A DNA stretch of 62,519 nt, filler included. It is 4 parts of 4 records of this genome, joined end to end, with 100 filler letters (N's around TTAATTAATTAA, not from the genome) between each part and the next. Parts side by side here need not be neighbours in the genome. Positions count along the whole stretch, not along the records: positions 1 to 30,891 come from DRR723986_5140; positions 30,992 to 46,120 come from DRR723986_5142; 2 more parts are not named here. One strand, written 5' to 3'. Numbering within the stretch: the first letter of the stretch is position 1; every line of letters starts with the position of its first letter. The position numbers were made by a program, and so were the translations under genes. The notes beneath the pieces were generated by a model. That model was not told the origin of the DNA. It worked only from the letters and a program-made list of their open reading frames with translations, and made no database searches. Positions 27,880-37,592 of the stretch are shown here, piece after piece.

Positions 27880-30723
27880 ATGGCCCGCTTGTTTCTCATC
27901 GACGCTATGTCCCTGGTTTTCCGTGCTTATCACGCTATGTCGCGTTCCGGCCTGACAACTCCCGACGGCGAGCCGACGGGCGCGGTGTTTGGATTTGCGA
28001 ATATCATCTCGACGATAATCGAGAATGAAAAACCCGACTACCTTTCCGTGGTGTTCGATACTGCCGCACCGACATTCCGGCACGAGCAATACAAAGAATA
28101 CAAGGCAAACCGGCCCGATTTTCCGGAAGATTTGGTGCCGCAGGTTAAGCGTATTAAGGAAATGATTGACCTGCTCGGCTACTGCCGTGTGGAGCGGGAT
28201 GGTTTTGAAGCCGATGACATTATCGGCACGATGACCAAGTGGGGAATAGAGCATGACCTGGATGTTTTCTGTGTGACCTCAGATAAAGACTACATGCAGT
28301 TAGTTAACGACCGTGTTAAACTCTTCCGACCAACCGGCAAAGGTGCCGGCGACTACGAAGTTGTTGATATTGATGGCGTCGCTAAAAAGTTCGGTGTTAC
28401 ACCTGATAGGGTCATTGATGTTCAGGCCTTGATTGGAGATTCGGTTGATAATGTACCCGGAGTCAAAGGCATTGGCGAGAAAACGGCCATCCCGTTAATT
28501 CAGGAATTTGGTTCGCTTGAAAACTTGTACGAAAATCTCGATAAGGTTAAACGCGCTGCCGTACTTAAAAAGCTGGAGAATGACCGCGAACAGGCCTTCA
28601 TGTCTAAAGAGCTTGTAACTATTGATGTTAACGTGCCTATCGAAGTTGATGTTAACAGTTGTAAGTTCCAGGAGAAAAATGTCGAGGGCCTCAAAGAGCT
28701 CTTTTCCAAGCTTAACTTCCGCAGGCATATTCCACAGCGTTTTGGCATCCCAATGGATGACGATGCGGACGCTGCAACGGGCGAAGGTCAGGCTGCTGCA
28801 CAGGGTTCACTTGACACGGTGGACGGGGTTGAACACAAATACCTTTTGTTGGACTCACTCGCTTCAATCCGTGATACAGTTGAAAAGTTAAGCTCCGTGC
28901 CGATGCTCGCATTTGATACGGAAACCACCGGTCTCGATCCCATGCAGTGTGACTTAGTTGGTGTGTCGTTCGCCGCCCAGGCCGGCGAAGCCTATTACAT
29001 TCCGCTGTTCCGCCCGCGCGAAGATATCAGCGGGTTTGATGAGTTAAACATCGCTGATTCTGCCGGCACACAGGAGCCGACAACATTGTTCGCCGACGAA
29101 AGTGTTAAAGAACATCAACGCGAAGAATGCATTGCCGTTGTTGAACTTCTCAAGCCTCTGCTTGAAAATCCGGCAATTGGCAAAATTGGTCAAAATATTA
29201 AGTACGACCTGCTGGTCCTCAAACGCTATGGTATCAATGTCGCTCCGGTTGCATTTGATACGATGCTCGCCAGCTACGTTGTTAACGCCGACGCCAAACA
29301 CGGCATGGACGAGCTTTCACGTGTGTGGTTGAACTATTCGCCAATCTCTATCAAAACATTGATTGGCGAGAAAAAAAGCACGCAGAAGTCAATGAGCGAA
29401 GTGCCGATTCCAGAAGTCGCCAAGTATGCAGCTGAAGATGCGGACATCACATTCCGTCTGTACGAAGTGTTTAAAGGCAAACTGGAAGAAGATAAACTGA
29501 CGGAGCTTGCGCGCACTACCGAATTTGATCTGGTGCTGCCGCTGACACAAATGGAGTTTAATGGCGTTGGCATTAATCCAAGCGCGTTAGCTGAGTTTAG
29601 TGTTGAACTGGGGCAATTGATCGACGCTAAGAAAGTCGAGATTTTTGCGGAAGCTGAGAGCGAGTTTAACATTGACTCACCCAAACAACTCGGTGATGTT
29701 CTGTTTAACAAGATGGGGATTCCGCCCATCAAAAAAACCAAAACAGGTTTCAGTACCGATTCTTCGGTGCTCGAAGAGTTGGCGCAGAGTTATCCGATTG
29801 CGACGATGGTCCAGGACTATCGCCAGATGACGAAGCTGCGTTCTACATATGTGGATGCTTTGCCCAAGATGATTAATCCGCATACGGGCCGCATTCACAC
29901 TACGTACAACCAGACGGTAGCCAGTACGGGGCGTTTGTCATCCACGGATCCGAATCTGCAGAATATTCCGATACGCACAGAGCTGGGGCGCCGCATTCGC
30001 CAGGCATTTATTCCCGGCGATCCTGAATCTAAAATTCTCTCGGCTGATTACTCACAGATTGAGCTGCGCATCATGGCGCACATTTGTGGTGATGAGACGC
30101 TGACACATGCCTTTAAGAATGGGCTTGACATTCACTCGGCTACGGCGGCGAATTTGTTTGGTGTTGCGCTGGAGGATGTGGATGCTGAGATGCGCCGGCG
30201 TGCCAAGACTGTTAACTTTGGCTTGATGTATGGTCTTGGGGCTTTTGGTCTTGCACAGCGCCTGGGAATCTCACGCACTGAGGGCAAAGAGATCATCGAC
30301 GCGTACTTCAGCAAGTATCCACGCATTAAAGAATACATTGATTCATCCAAGGAAGACGCTGCCGAAAAAGGGTATGGCGAGACGCTGCTGGGCCGCCGCC
30401 GTTACTTCCCAAACATTAAAGCGCGCAACCGCATGTTGCGTGCCGGCGCAGAAAGAGCGGCTATTAACATGCCGATTCAGGGCAGTGCTGCGGATATGCT
30501 TAAGCTGGCCACGATTACGATTTACCGCGAGATGGAGAAGCGCAAGATGCGCTCGCTCATGATGCTTCAGGTACATGATGAATTGGTCTTTGAAGTGCAC
30601 AAGTCGGAGATGGATGAACTGCATGAAATGGTCAAAACCCACATGGAAGGCGCCATGCCACTTGGTGAGGTGCCCGTAGAAGTTAACATCGGTGTAGGTG
30701 ATAATTGGGACGAGGCACACTAA
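27880..30723 (+). CDS. polA: DNA polymerase I
   Basis: 5'-3' exonuclease (FRAYHA, EADD, GDSVDNVPGV), 3'-5' exonuclease (FDTET), and polymerase motifs DYSQIELR, KTVNFGLMYG, QVHDE. Confidence 0.97.
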   Translation: MARLFLIDAMSLVFRAYHAMSRSGLTTPDGEPTGAVFGFANIISTIIENEKPDYLSVVFDTAAPTFRHEQYKEYKANRPDFPEDLVPQVKRIKEMIDLLGYCRVERDGFEADDIIGTMTKWGIEHDLDVFCVTSDKDYMQLVNDRVKLFRPTGKGAGDYEVVDIDGVAKKFGVTPDRVIDVQALIGDSVDNVPGVKGIGEKTAIPLIQEFGSLENLYENLDKVKRAAVLKKLENDREQAFMSKELVTIDVNVPIEVDVNSCKFQEKNVEGLKELFSKLNFRRHIPQRFGIPMDDDADAATGEGQAAAQGSLDTVDGVEHKYLLLDSLASIRDTVEKLSSVPMLAFDTETTGLDPMQCDLVGVSFAAQAGEAYYIPLFRPREDISGFDELNIADSAGTQEPTTLFADESVKEHQREECIAVVELLKPLLENPAIGKIGQNIKYDLLVLKRYGINVAPVAFDTMLASYVVNADAKHGMDELSRVWLNYSPISIKTLIGEKKSTQKSMSEVPIPEVAKYAAEDADITFRLYEVFKGKLEEDKLTELARTTEFDLVLPLTQMEFNGVGINPSALAEFSVELGQLIDAKKVEIFAEAESEFNIDSPKQLGDVLFNKMGIPPIKKTKTGFSTDSSVLEELAQSYPIATMVQDYRQMTKLRSTYVDALPKMINPHTGRIHTTYNQTVASTGRLSSTDPNLQNIPIRTELGRRIRQAFIPGDPESKILSADYSQIELRIMAHICGDETLTHAFKNGLDIHSATAANLFGVALEDVDAEMRRRAKTVNFGLMYGLGAFGLAQRLGISRTEGKEIIDAYFSKYPRIKEYIDSSKEDAAEKGYGETLLGRRRYFPNIKARNRMLRAGAERAAINMPIQGSAADMLKLATITIYREMEKRKMRSLMMLQVHDELVFEVHKSEMDELHEMVKTHMEGAMPLGEVPVEVNIGVGDNWDEAH

Positions 30724-30891
30724 GGCAGGGTACTGATTTTTGGATGAAAAACGGCAAAATAATTTTCTCTGTTAACAGCAGCGCAGGCCAGTTCTGGTGA
30801 ATTTTGTGCTGTGATTTGACATGAGCGGGCGGTGTTAGGCGTTAAGCGGGAAGTCTGAAAATTTTGGACGTACTTTTGCGTGAATCTTTGG

Positions 30892-30991
30892 NNNNNNNNN
30901 NNNNNNNNNNNNNNNNNNNNNNNNNNNNNNNNNNNTTAATTAATTAANNNNNNNNNNNNNNNNNNNNNNNNNNNNNNNNNNNNNNNNNNNN
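30892..30991. other. Artificial contig spacer
   Basis: 44 N + TTAATTAATTAA (stops in all six frames) + 44 N. Confidence 0.98.
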
Positions 30992-32413
30992 TTCCACGTC
31001 CAGATCGTTGGTCGGTTCGTCGAGGAGCAGCACGTTGCCGCCCTCTTTCAGAAGCTTCGCCATATGGACGCGGTTGCGTTCCCCGCCTGACAGCAGCCCG
31101 ACCTTCTTTTGCTGGTCGCCGCCCTTGAAGTTGAACGAGGAACAATAGGCGCGGCTGTTTACCTGTGCGTCACCCAGTTCGATGATCTCAGCCCCGCCAG
31201 AGATCTCCTCCCACACCGTTGCATTCGCGTCCAGCGCATCGCGGGACTGATCCACATAGGACAGCTTGACCGTATCGCCATATTCCACGGTGCCGGAATC
31301 GGGCTGTTCCTGCCCGGTCAGCATGCGGAAGAGGGTCGATTTACCGGCGCCGTTCGGGCCGATGACACCGACGATGCCGCCGGGCGGCAGGGCGAAGTCG
31401 AGCCCTTCGACCAGCAGCTTGTCGCCATAGGCTTTCTGCAAGCCATTGACCTCGATCACCTTGCTGCCCAGGCGCGGGCCGTTGGGAATAACGATCTGCG
31501 CGCGGGTGATCTTTTCGCGTTCTGACTGGCTGGCCAGATCCTCATAGGCGTTGATACGTGCCTTTTGCTTGGCCTGACGCGCCTTGGCGCCCTGACGGAT
31601 CCACTCCAATTCGCGTTCCAGCGTCTTCTGCTTGGACTTGTCCTCGCGCGCTTCCTGCGCAAGCCGCTTGGCCTTCTGTTCCAGCCAGGCGGAATAGTTG
31701 CCCTCGTAGGGAATGCCCCGGCCCCGGTCGAGTTCCAGAATCCAGCCGGTGATATCGTCGAGGAAATAGCGGTCGTGGGTGACGATCAGGATGGTGCCCT
31801 TGTAATCAATAAGGTGCTGTTGCAGCCACGCGATGGTTTCCGCGTCCAGGTGGTTGGTCGGTTCGTCGAGCAGCAACATGTCGGGCGCTTCCAGCAGCAG
31901 CTTGCACAGCGCAACACGGCGGGCCTCGCCGCCCGAAAGGTTTTCGGGCATGGCGTCATCAGGCGGGCAGCGCAGAGCCTCCAATGCGACGTCGATCTGG
32001 CTGTCGAGATCCCACAGGTTTTCGCTGTCGATCTCGTCCTGCAACTGCGCCATCTCGTCGGCGGTTTCATCCGAGTAGTTCATCGCCAATTCGTTGAACC
32101 GGTCGAGCTTGGCCTTCTTTTCGGCCACACCGAGCATCACATTGTCACGGACGTTCAGGCTTTCATCTAGTTTCGGTTCCTGCGGCAGGTAGCCCACTTT
32201 GGCACCCTTGGCGGCCCAGGCCTCACCGGTGAAATCCTTGTCGAGCCCGGCCATGATCTTCATCAGGGTAGACTTACCGGCGCCGTTGACGCCCACGACA
32301 CCGATCTTCACACCGGGCAGAAAGCTCAGCCGGATATTCTCAAAGCATTTCTTGCCGCCGGGATAGGTCTTGGAGACCCCGTCCATGTGGTAAACATACT
32401 GGTAGGAAGCCAT
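30992..32413 (-). CDS. ettA: ABC-F translational throttle EttA (3' truncated by contig end)
   Basis: MASYQYVYHM, LSFLPGVKIGVVGVNGAGKS; two ABC domains, no TM; ELEWIRQGAKARQAK linker. Confidence 0.93.
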
Positions 32414-32609
32414 CGAAACCCTCATGCATTCGCGTTGATCCCCCTGATAGCGAAGGGGTCTGGCGGGGGCAATGGGGCGCCTTGTAATGGCCGACGGTGC
32501 AGGGCCTCAAACTTTTTTCAAGCTTCTTTCGACGGAAACCCGGCTTCGTGTCGTGGAAACGGTATTCAACCACCCGCATCCGCGGATTTTCAAACCAAAG
32601 GAGATAGCC

Positions 32610-32990
32610 ATGAAACCCGTTCTGAAACCCCTTGCGATTGCCGCTCTTGCTGCTTTCACCGCCCTGCCGGTCGCCGCCGATACCCTGCTTGGGGTGCGCG
32701 CCGTGGCCGACAATGCGGAAACCGATGTGATCCATGCGCAAGGCAACGCTCTGCACAACGAAGTGCGCATCTGCGTTGCTGGTCGTGCGGTGCATTTTCG
32801 TGACCTCGACATCGTCTTCCAGAATGGCGGGCGTCAGGATGCCAATGTGCGTGCCCTGATTGCACCGGGAAGCTGTACCCGCTGGATCGACCTGCGCGGG
32901 CCTGCCCGCAACATCAACCGGATCGTTCTGCGCTATGATGCGCTTGTGAATGCCGGCCCGCAGCCCATTGTGACCGCTTTCGCCCGCTGA
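32610..32990 (+). CDS. Small exported protein, DUF2541/YaaI-like
   Basis: AAGGAG RBS, signal peptide, and IVFQNG..QD...TRWIDLRG..RNINRI pattern. Confidence 0.65.
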   Translation: MKPVLKPLAIAALAAFTALPVAADTLLGVRAVADNAETDVIHAQGNALHNEVRICVAGRAVHFRDLDIVFQNGGRQDANVRALIAPGSCTRWIDLRGPARNINRIVLRYDALVNAGPQPIVTAFAR

Positions 32991-33065
32991 CGACCACATG
33001 GCGCCCTTCCTGCTTGTCAGACCGGCAATTCCCGGCAATCTGGCAGGCAGCAGGGGAGGGACGTC

Positions 33066-34493
33066 ATGAGCTATGCCATCTATGTGGGTAAAAACCGATC
33101 GCGGGACGGGCATGCATGGCTTGCTGGCTATGGCGATGAACCCTCGTCCCACTGGCTGGAGATCGTCCCCGCCGCCACCCATTCCCCCGATACCACGATT
33201 GAGGTTGGCGTGGGGCCGGAAGCCGACATGCCCGGCCATCGCATTTCCATTCCTCAGGTGTCCCGAACAGCGGCGCATATCCGGGTGAGTTATTCCTACT
33301 ATCTCGGTGTGCCCGCGCCCATCACCAATGGCGGGCTGAATGAACACGGGGTCGCCGTGCGCGATGTCTGGTCGACCTCTCGGGCAGAGCTGATCGCGAT
33401 GACGCCAAAGGATCAGACCGGCCCCAATTACAGCGACCTTGCCCGGATCGCGCTGGAACGGGCGCGTTCGGCGCGCGAGGCGGTAGAGGTTTGCGGGGAT
33501 CTGATCGCGGAGCATGGTGAAAGCACCTATGGCGGCAATTCCCACCTTTTCGCGGATGAGGACGAAGCCTGGGTCATGATCCAGTTCGCGGGCGGTCTGG
33601 GGCTGTGGGTGGCGGAACGGCTTGGACCGGACAGCATCCGCGCCTCGCGTCCCGGCTATGTTCTGGATATTCCTGTAGAAGAACCGGATCACCCCGATTT
33701 CCTCTATAGCGCCAACTTCGTCAGCACCGCGCGGGATCTGGGCTGGTATTCTGACGGACCATTCAACGCCAACGCGGTCTATGGCGATGGCAGGGGCCGG
33801 TGGGACGGGGTTAAGTGGATCGAGGGCGAGATGACCCGCCGGGCCGCTGAACGGGGCATCGGGTTTGATGACATGATCTGGGCGATCCGCAGCGAGCGGC
33901 TGACCGGCGATACGGCGGGTTATGGTCAGGTGGTTGCGCTGCGCGATCCGGGTCATGCGGGCCTGCGGTCGCTGTGGCACGCCCCGATCGGCGCGGTCGC
34001 GGCCCCGTTCGCGCCGGTCTTTCTGGGGCAGGGCGCGGTGCCTGCCGAATTTGGCCCGCATCGCTATCTGACAGCCGGGGAATCACATCGCTTCATGGAT
34101 ATGCGTAAGGTTTTGGCGGGGGGCGAGGACGTGCTGTCATCGGTGTCTCAAGCCGGTGAGGCAAGCCGGTCTGCCGTCGCGGAATGTAAGCGGCTGCTCA
34201 ATTTGATGGGTTTGGCCGGGCCGGGCTGCCTGGACCGCATTCACGGGGCGTTCACCCGACGAGAAGCGCGATTGGCGGGGCAGGTTGCCCGCCTGGAAGG
34301 CGCGGCTCGGGTGCAGATGGATCAGGGCGAAGCCGCTGTGGCAACCGATCTGTTGGCCCATCTCAGTGGCTCTGAACTGCGCGAGGGGCTGCGGATGGTG
34401 ATGGCCTTGGCCGATGGGTTGGAGGCGGAACTGACCGCGGGCGGGCCGCTGCCAATGAACCAGCAGCCAAAAGGGTTCGATCAGATCTGGTAG
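33066..34493 (+). CDS. Peptidase C69 (dipeptidase/secernin)-like Ntn hydrolase
   Basis: SYAIYVGKNRSRDG, GGLNEHGV, LERARSAREAV, GE and ADEDEAW motifs. Confidence 0.75.
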   Translation: MSYAIYVGKNRSRDGHAWLAGYGDEPSSHWLEIVPAATHSPDTTIEVGVGPEADMPGHRISIPQVSRTAAHIRVSYSYYLGVPAPITNGGLNEHGVAVRDVWSTSRAELIAMTPKDQTGPNYSDLARIALERARSAREAVEVCGDLIAEHGESTYGGNSHLFADEDEAWVMIQFAGGLGLWVAERLGPDSIRASRPGYVLDIPVEEPDHPDFLYSANFVSTARDLGWYSDGPFNANAVYGDGRGRWDGVKWIEGEMTRRAAERGIGFDDMIWAIRSERLTGDTAGYGQVVALRDPGHAGLRSLWHAPIGAVAAPFAPVFLGQGAVPAEFGPHRYLTAGESHRFMDMRKVLAGGEDVLSSVSQAGEASRSAVAECKRLLNLMGLAGPGCLDRIHGAFTRREARLAGQVARLEGAARVQMDQGEAAVATDLLAHLSGSELREGLRMVMALADGLEAELTAGGPLPMNQQPKGFDQIW

Positions 34494-34500
34494 GCTACAG

Positions 34501-35373
34501 CTACAAGCGCTTCTCGAAGAACAACTGCGCGTAAGGGTCGTCGTTGAAACGGTCGATCTCGGTCCAGCCGGTCTTGCGGTACAGCGCGGCGGCCTCTGGC
34601 AGCGCCGAATTGGTGTCGAGCCTGAGGGTGCCGATCCCCAGATCGCGGGCGGCATCCTCTGCCCGCGTCATCAATCGCGTGGCAAGCTGCAACCCCCGCG
34701 CGGCGGGCGAGACCCACAGCCGCTTGATTTCGGCGACCGGTGCGCAGCTGCCCTTGAGGCCCACGCACCCAATCGGCAGCCCGTCTGACATGGCCAGCAG
34801 GAACACGCCGCGCGGGCGGATCATGTCGGCAGCATCGGGATCGCGCGACAGGTTCACGTCGAAGCCGGTGTCGAACCTTCGTTCCAGTTCCGCGTAATAC
34901 TGCCCCAGACAGTGGATCGCGTCAGGGCTGCGCGGGTTGGCTTCAATGATCGCTATCCGGTCCTGTCCCAAGACCGTGGCAATCAGGTCCATCGCGTCCA
35001 ATATCGCCTGCGGGCGGGGGTGGCGCGCCAATATGGCCCCGGCCTGCGCGTCGGACAGGCGTTCATAGTCCGCAAAAGCCGCTGTTCCGACCGGTGTCAG
35101 GCGGGCCAACCGACGGCGGCTGTCATCGGGGCTTGCCTCGGTTGTGATCAGCCCCTCTGCTTCCAACCCTCGCAAAAGGCGGCTCATCAGCCCGGAATCA
35201 AGCGCCAGATAGTCACGGATCACGCTGACATCCTGCATCCCGTGGCCGATGGCATTCAGAACGCGGGCGGGTCCAAGTGGGCGCCCAAGCCCCAGAAAAG
35301 AGGTGTCGAGCGCCCCAACCTCAGAGGTGACGGCGCGGTTGAAACGGCGAATGCGGGCGATGTCCTGACTCAT
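34501..35373 (-). CDS. MarR-GNAT fusion transcriptional regulator
   Basis: wHTH (LDSGLMSRLLRGLE...DSRRR...LT) fused to GNAT (EIKRLWVSPAARG, LRLDT, ALYRKTG). Confidence 0.9.
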   Translation of the reverse strand: MSQDIARIRRFNRAVTSEVGALDTSFLGLGRPLGPARVLNAIGHGMQDVSVIRDYLALDSGLMSRLLRGLEAEGLITTEASPDDSRRRLARLTPVGTAAFADYERLSDAQAGAILARHPRPQAILDAMDLIATVLGQDRIAIIEANPRSPDAIHCLGQYYAELERRFDTGFDVNLSRDPDAADMIRPRGVFLLAMSDGLPIGCVGLKGSCAPVAEIKRLWVSPAARGLQLATRLMTRAEDAARDLGIGTLRLDTNSALPEAAALYRKTGWTEIDRFNDDPYAQLFFEKRL

Positions 35374-35377
35374 ATAT

Positions 35378-35391
35378 CTGACTTAAGTCAG
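35378..35391. promoter_or_regulatory. Perfect 14-bp palindrome, probable MarR operator
   Basis: CTGACTTAAGTCAG, 4 bp upstream of the regulator ATG. Confidence 0.7.
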
Positions 35392-35453
35392 GTAAATTCG
35401 ATGCGCAAGCCGGCTTGGATATTTTGGGGCAGATGGTGGGCAAACTGCCCACC

Positions 35454-35801
35454 CTACGGATGGTCGTCGCCGTCCCTGCCTGTTTCCAGCAAAACCGGTT
35501 GCCCATGGGGGGTGCGCTGATAGGCGCGGGTCCAGTCAGCCTTGCGCTCGGTTAGCTCTGCGCCGGTGATCGGGGTCAGTCGCTCCAATGCCGCAAGCGC
35601 GGCCTCGTAATAGGTCTGAGTGGTGTCGGGTTTCCCCGCAGCATCAGCAGCCCGCAGTTCCGCCCCAAGCGTTTCCGCCCAATCGGTTGCGCTGAACCGG
35701 CCCGCTTGCACCATCGTGTCGGCAATCGCCAGAACCTGCGCCTGCCAAGCCTCGTCAAAGATCGGATCGCGGGGGGCGAGCGGGTTTTCAGGCCGGAACA
35801 A
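35454..35801 (-). CDS. Nitrile hydratase accessory (P14K-like) protein
   Basis: FDEAWQAQ, W...LG, YY...L.ALE and W..AY..TPHGQPV motifs; TTG start overlapping the beta-subunit end. Confidence 0.85.
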   Translation of the reverse strand: MFRPENPLAPRDPIFDEAWQAQVLAIADTMVQAGRFSATDWAETLGAELRAADAAGKPDTTQTYYEAALAALERLTPITGAELTERKADWTRAYQRTPHGQPVLLETGRDGDDHP

Positions 35802-36441
35802 GATAACTCTCCCACAGTTCCAGCGTGACCGTATCGCGGGGGTTGGCGTCGTCGCCCCATAAATCCCGCGCGGTAAAGCTGACGGTGTAGAGATGCTGGC
35901 CGACATGCCGGTTATGGGCACCTTCGTCGGGGAAAAGGTGGCTGCCGTGATGGGCGATCACCTCGCCCACGCAGTCGCGGGCGTAGGCGGGCAGGCGGGT
36001 GTGGTTATGGGAGATCTGACGCAGGGTGCGGACGCTGTCGCCCACGGCAAAACGGGCGGGCGCATCGTCGGGCACTGAGAAATCCGTGCAGGCGCGGCGG
36101 ACCTGTTCGACGATCTGATCCACGGTCTTGGCCTTGGCAGGATCGGCAGGGTCCAGAATATAGCCGCGTTCAAGGTCTTTCAGGGTGATCTGGCCGGCAT
36201 CGACCATCATCATCAGGTAATTCGTGGCCCATTTCTGGAAGTAGGAAAAGGTGAGGTAATCGCCCGGCACCATCAGTTCCAGCCCGTGGCGGAACCAATC
36301 AATGGTCATCGAGGGACAGATGCCTTCGCGCGCCAGCCCCCACATGCGCTGTTCCCAGTCATGGGCGAAAGGCGCGTCGCCCTCCCTCACCGGGACCGGG
36401 CCATAGCCCTCTTTGCCGCCAAGATCGTGAATGCCATCCAT
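35788..36441 (-). CDS. nthB: Nitrile hydratase beta subunit
   Basis: MDGIHDLGG, FRHGLE, HTRLPAY, LYTVSF and LWESYL motifs. Confidence 0.93.
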   Translation of the reverse strand: MDGIHDLGGKEGYGPVPVREGDAPFAHDWEQRMWGLAREGICPSMTIDWFRHGLELMVPGDYLTFSYFQKWATNYLMMMVDAGQITLKDLERGYILDPADPAKAKTVDQIVEQVRRACTDFSVPDDAPARFAVGDSVRTLRQISHNHTRLPAYARDCVGEVIAHHGSHLFPDEGAHNRHVGQHLYTVSFTARDLWGDDANPRDTVTLELWESYLVPA

Positions 36442-36448
36442 GGCAGTC

Positions 36449-36476
36449 AGAATGCCCGAACGGGCGGGAATGTAAA
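36449..36476 (-). promoter_or_regulatory. Possible leaderless sigma70 promoter of nthB
   Basis: TTTACA-N16-CATTCT-N7-ATG; no Shine-Dalgarno sequence. Confidence 0.4.
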
Positions 36477-36484
36477 TGGGGCTT

Positions 36485-37030
36485 TCAGCGGCAGGTGGCC
36501 ATGAGCAGGGAGGCGATGGCCGGGATATCGGCGGCCAGTTTCCCCTCGGCAATGCGGCGGGTCAGGGCCAGTGTGGCCGTTGCCATGAACGGTGCGATCT
36601 GGCCGGGAGACAGACCAGCCCCGGTCAGTTCTTTTGCGATCTCTGACGTCAGCAGGACGGGCAGCGTGTCATCCGATTGTGCAAGCGCCGTCAGCAGCAG
36701 GGCGCGGGGCGGGTCGTCCCGAGCGATGGTCAGGATCATCTCCAGACAGGTTGCAAGCCGGTTAAGGCCGCGTGGCTTCGCCCCGTGCAAGTCTTCGAAC
36801 GCTGCGCGGATCTCCTGCCCTGCCTGATGCGCCACCTCGGCGATGGCTGCAGGGGCATCGTTAAAATAGTTGTAGTAGGACGTCCGCCCAACCCCGGCCC
36901 GCGCGCAGATTTCCTGCACAGTCGCGGCGCTTACCCCGCCTTCGCCAACGATTTGCCGGGTGGCGTCAAGCAGTGCTGCGCGGGTGCGTCGGGCCTTGGG
37001 GGTGAGATATTCGGGCTTGCGATCCTGCAT
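36485..37030 (-). CDS. TetR-family regulator
   Basis: TRAALLDA...G....TVQEICARAGVGRTSYYNYF helix-turn-helix. Confidence 0.9.
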   Translation of the reverse strand: MQDRKPEYLTPKARRTRAALLDATRQIVGEGGVSAATVQEICARAGVGRTSYYNYFNDAPAAIAEVAHQAGQEIRAAFEDLHGAKPRGLNRLATCLEMILTIARDDPPRALLLTALAQSDDTLPVLLTSEIAKELTGAGLSPGQIAPFMATATLALTRRIAEGKLAADIPAIASLLMATCR

Positions 37031-37035
37031 GATTC

Positions 37036-37071
37036 TGACATATGCGTCATTTTTATGTGACGCAAGTGTCA
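37036..37071. promoter_or_regulatory. Twin TGAC-N6-GTCA operators
   Basis: TGACATATGCGTCA (37036-37049) and TGACGCAAGTGTCA (37058-37071), in the gap between divergent genes. Confidence 0.7.
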
Positions 37072-37088
37072 TTTTTTAAGGAGGGCAG

Positions 37089-37592
37089 ATGGCCGGACTG
37101 ATCCAGAGACTTGCAAATTGGCGCGCGGTCGGCGTGCTGACGGTGCTGTATGCGGTCGTTTTTGGAGCGATCCTCATCACCATGGGACAGTTGGCCGAGC
37201 TGTCCGGCGGAATGCCGATCCTCGATTTTGAGCCGGGCTACGACATGGCGCGGGTGCGAGAGGTGTTCACGGCTTACGGGCCGGATGGAATGCGGCTGTA
37301 CGGACGTATCCAGACGCTCGATCTGATCAATCCAGCGCTCTATTCCCTGCTGGCGGCGGCCCTGACGCGGATGCTTTGGCAGGGGCGGCCATGGGTGGCC
37401 CTGCTGCCCTTGCTGGCCGCGCTTGGGGACTATGCCGAGAACATCACGCTCACCCTGCTGGCGCGCGGGTTTCCCGAGTTGCCGGAGGGGTTGGTGGCAA
37501 TCAGCTCAACGCTCAGCCTTGCAAAGCTCGCCCTGATGGCCCTGGGCCTTGCGCCCTTGCTGATCGGTCTGCTCCTGCGGCTGAGGCGTTAG
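37089..37592 (+). CDS. Membrane protein of unknown function (about 4 TM)
   Basis: AAGGAGG RBS; hydrophobic helices; DLINPALY and DYAEN segments. Confidence 0.75.
   Translation: MAGLIQRLANWRAVGVLTVLYAVVFGAILITMGQLAELSGGMPILDFEPGYDMARVREVFTAYGPDGMRLYGRIQTLDLINPALYSLLAAALTRMLWQGRPWVALLPLLAALGDYAENITLTLLARGFPELPEGLVAISSTLSLAKLALMALGLAPLLIGLLLRLRR

Noticed and set aside
30936..30947. TTAATTAATTAA as a regulatory motif
   Set aside because: Identical in all three N-spacers; a synthetic six-frame stop linker.
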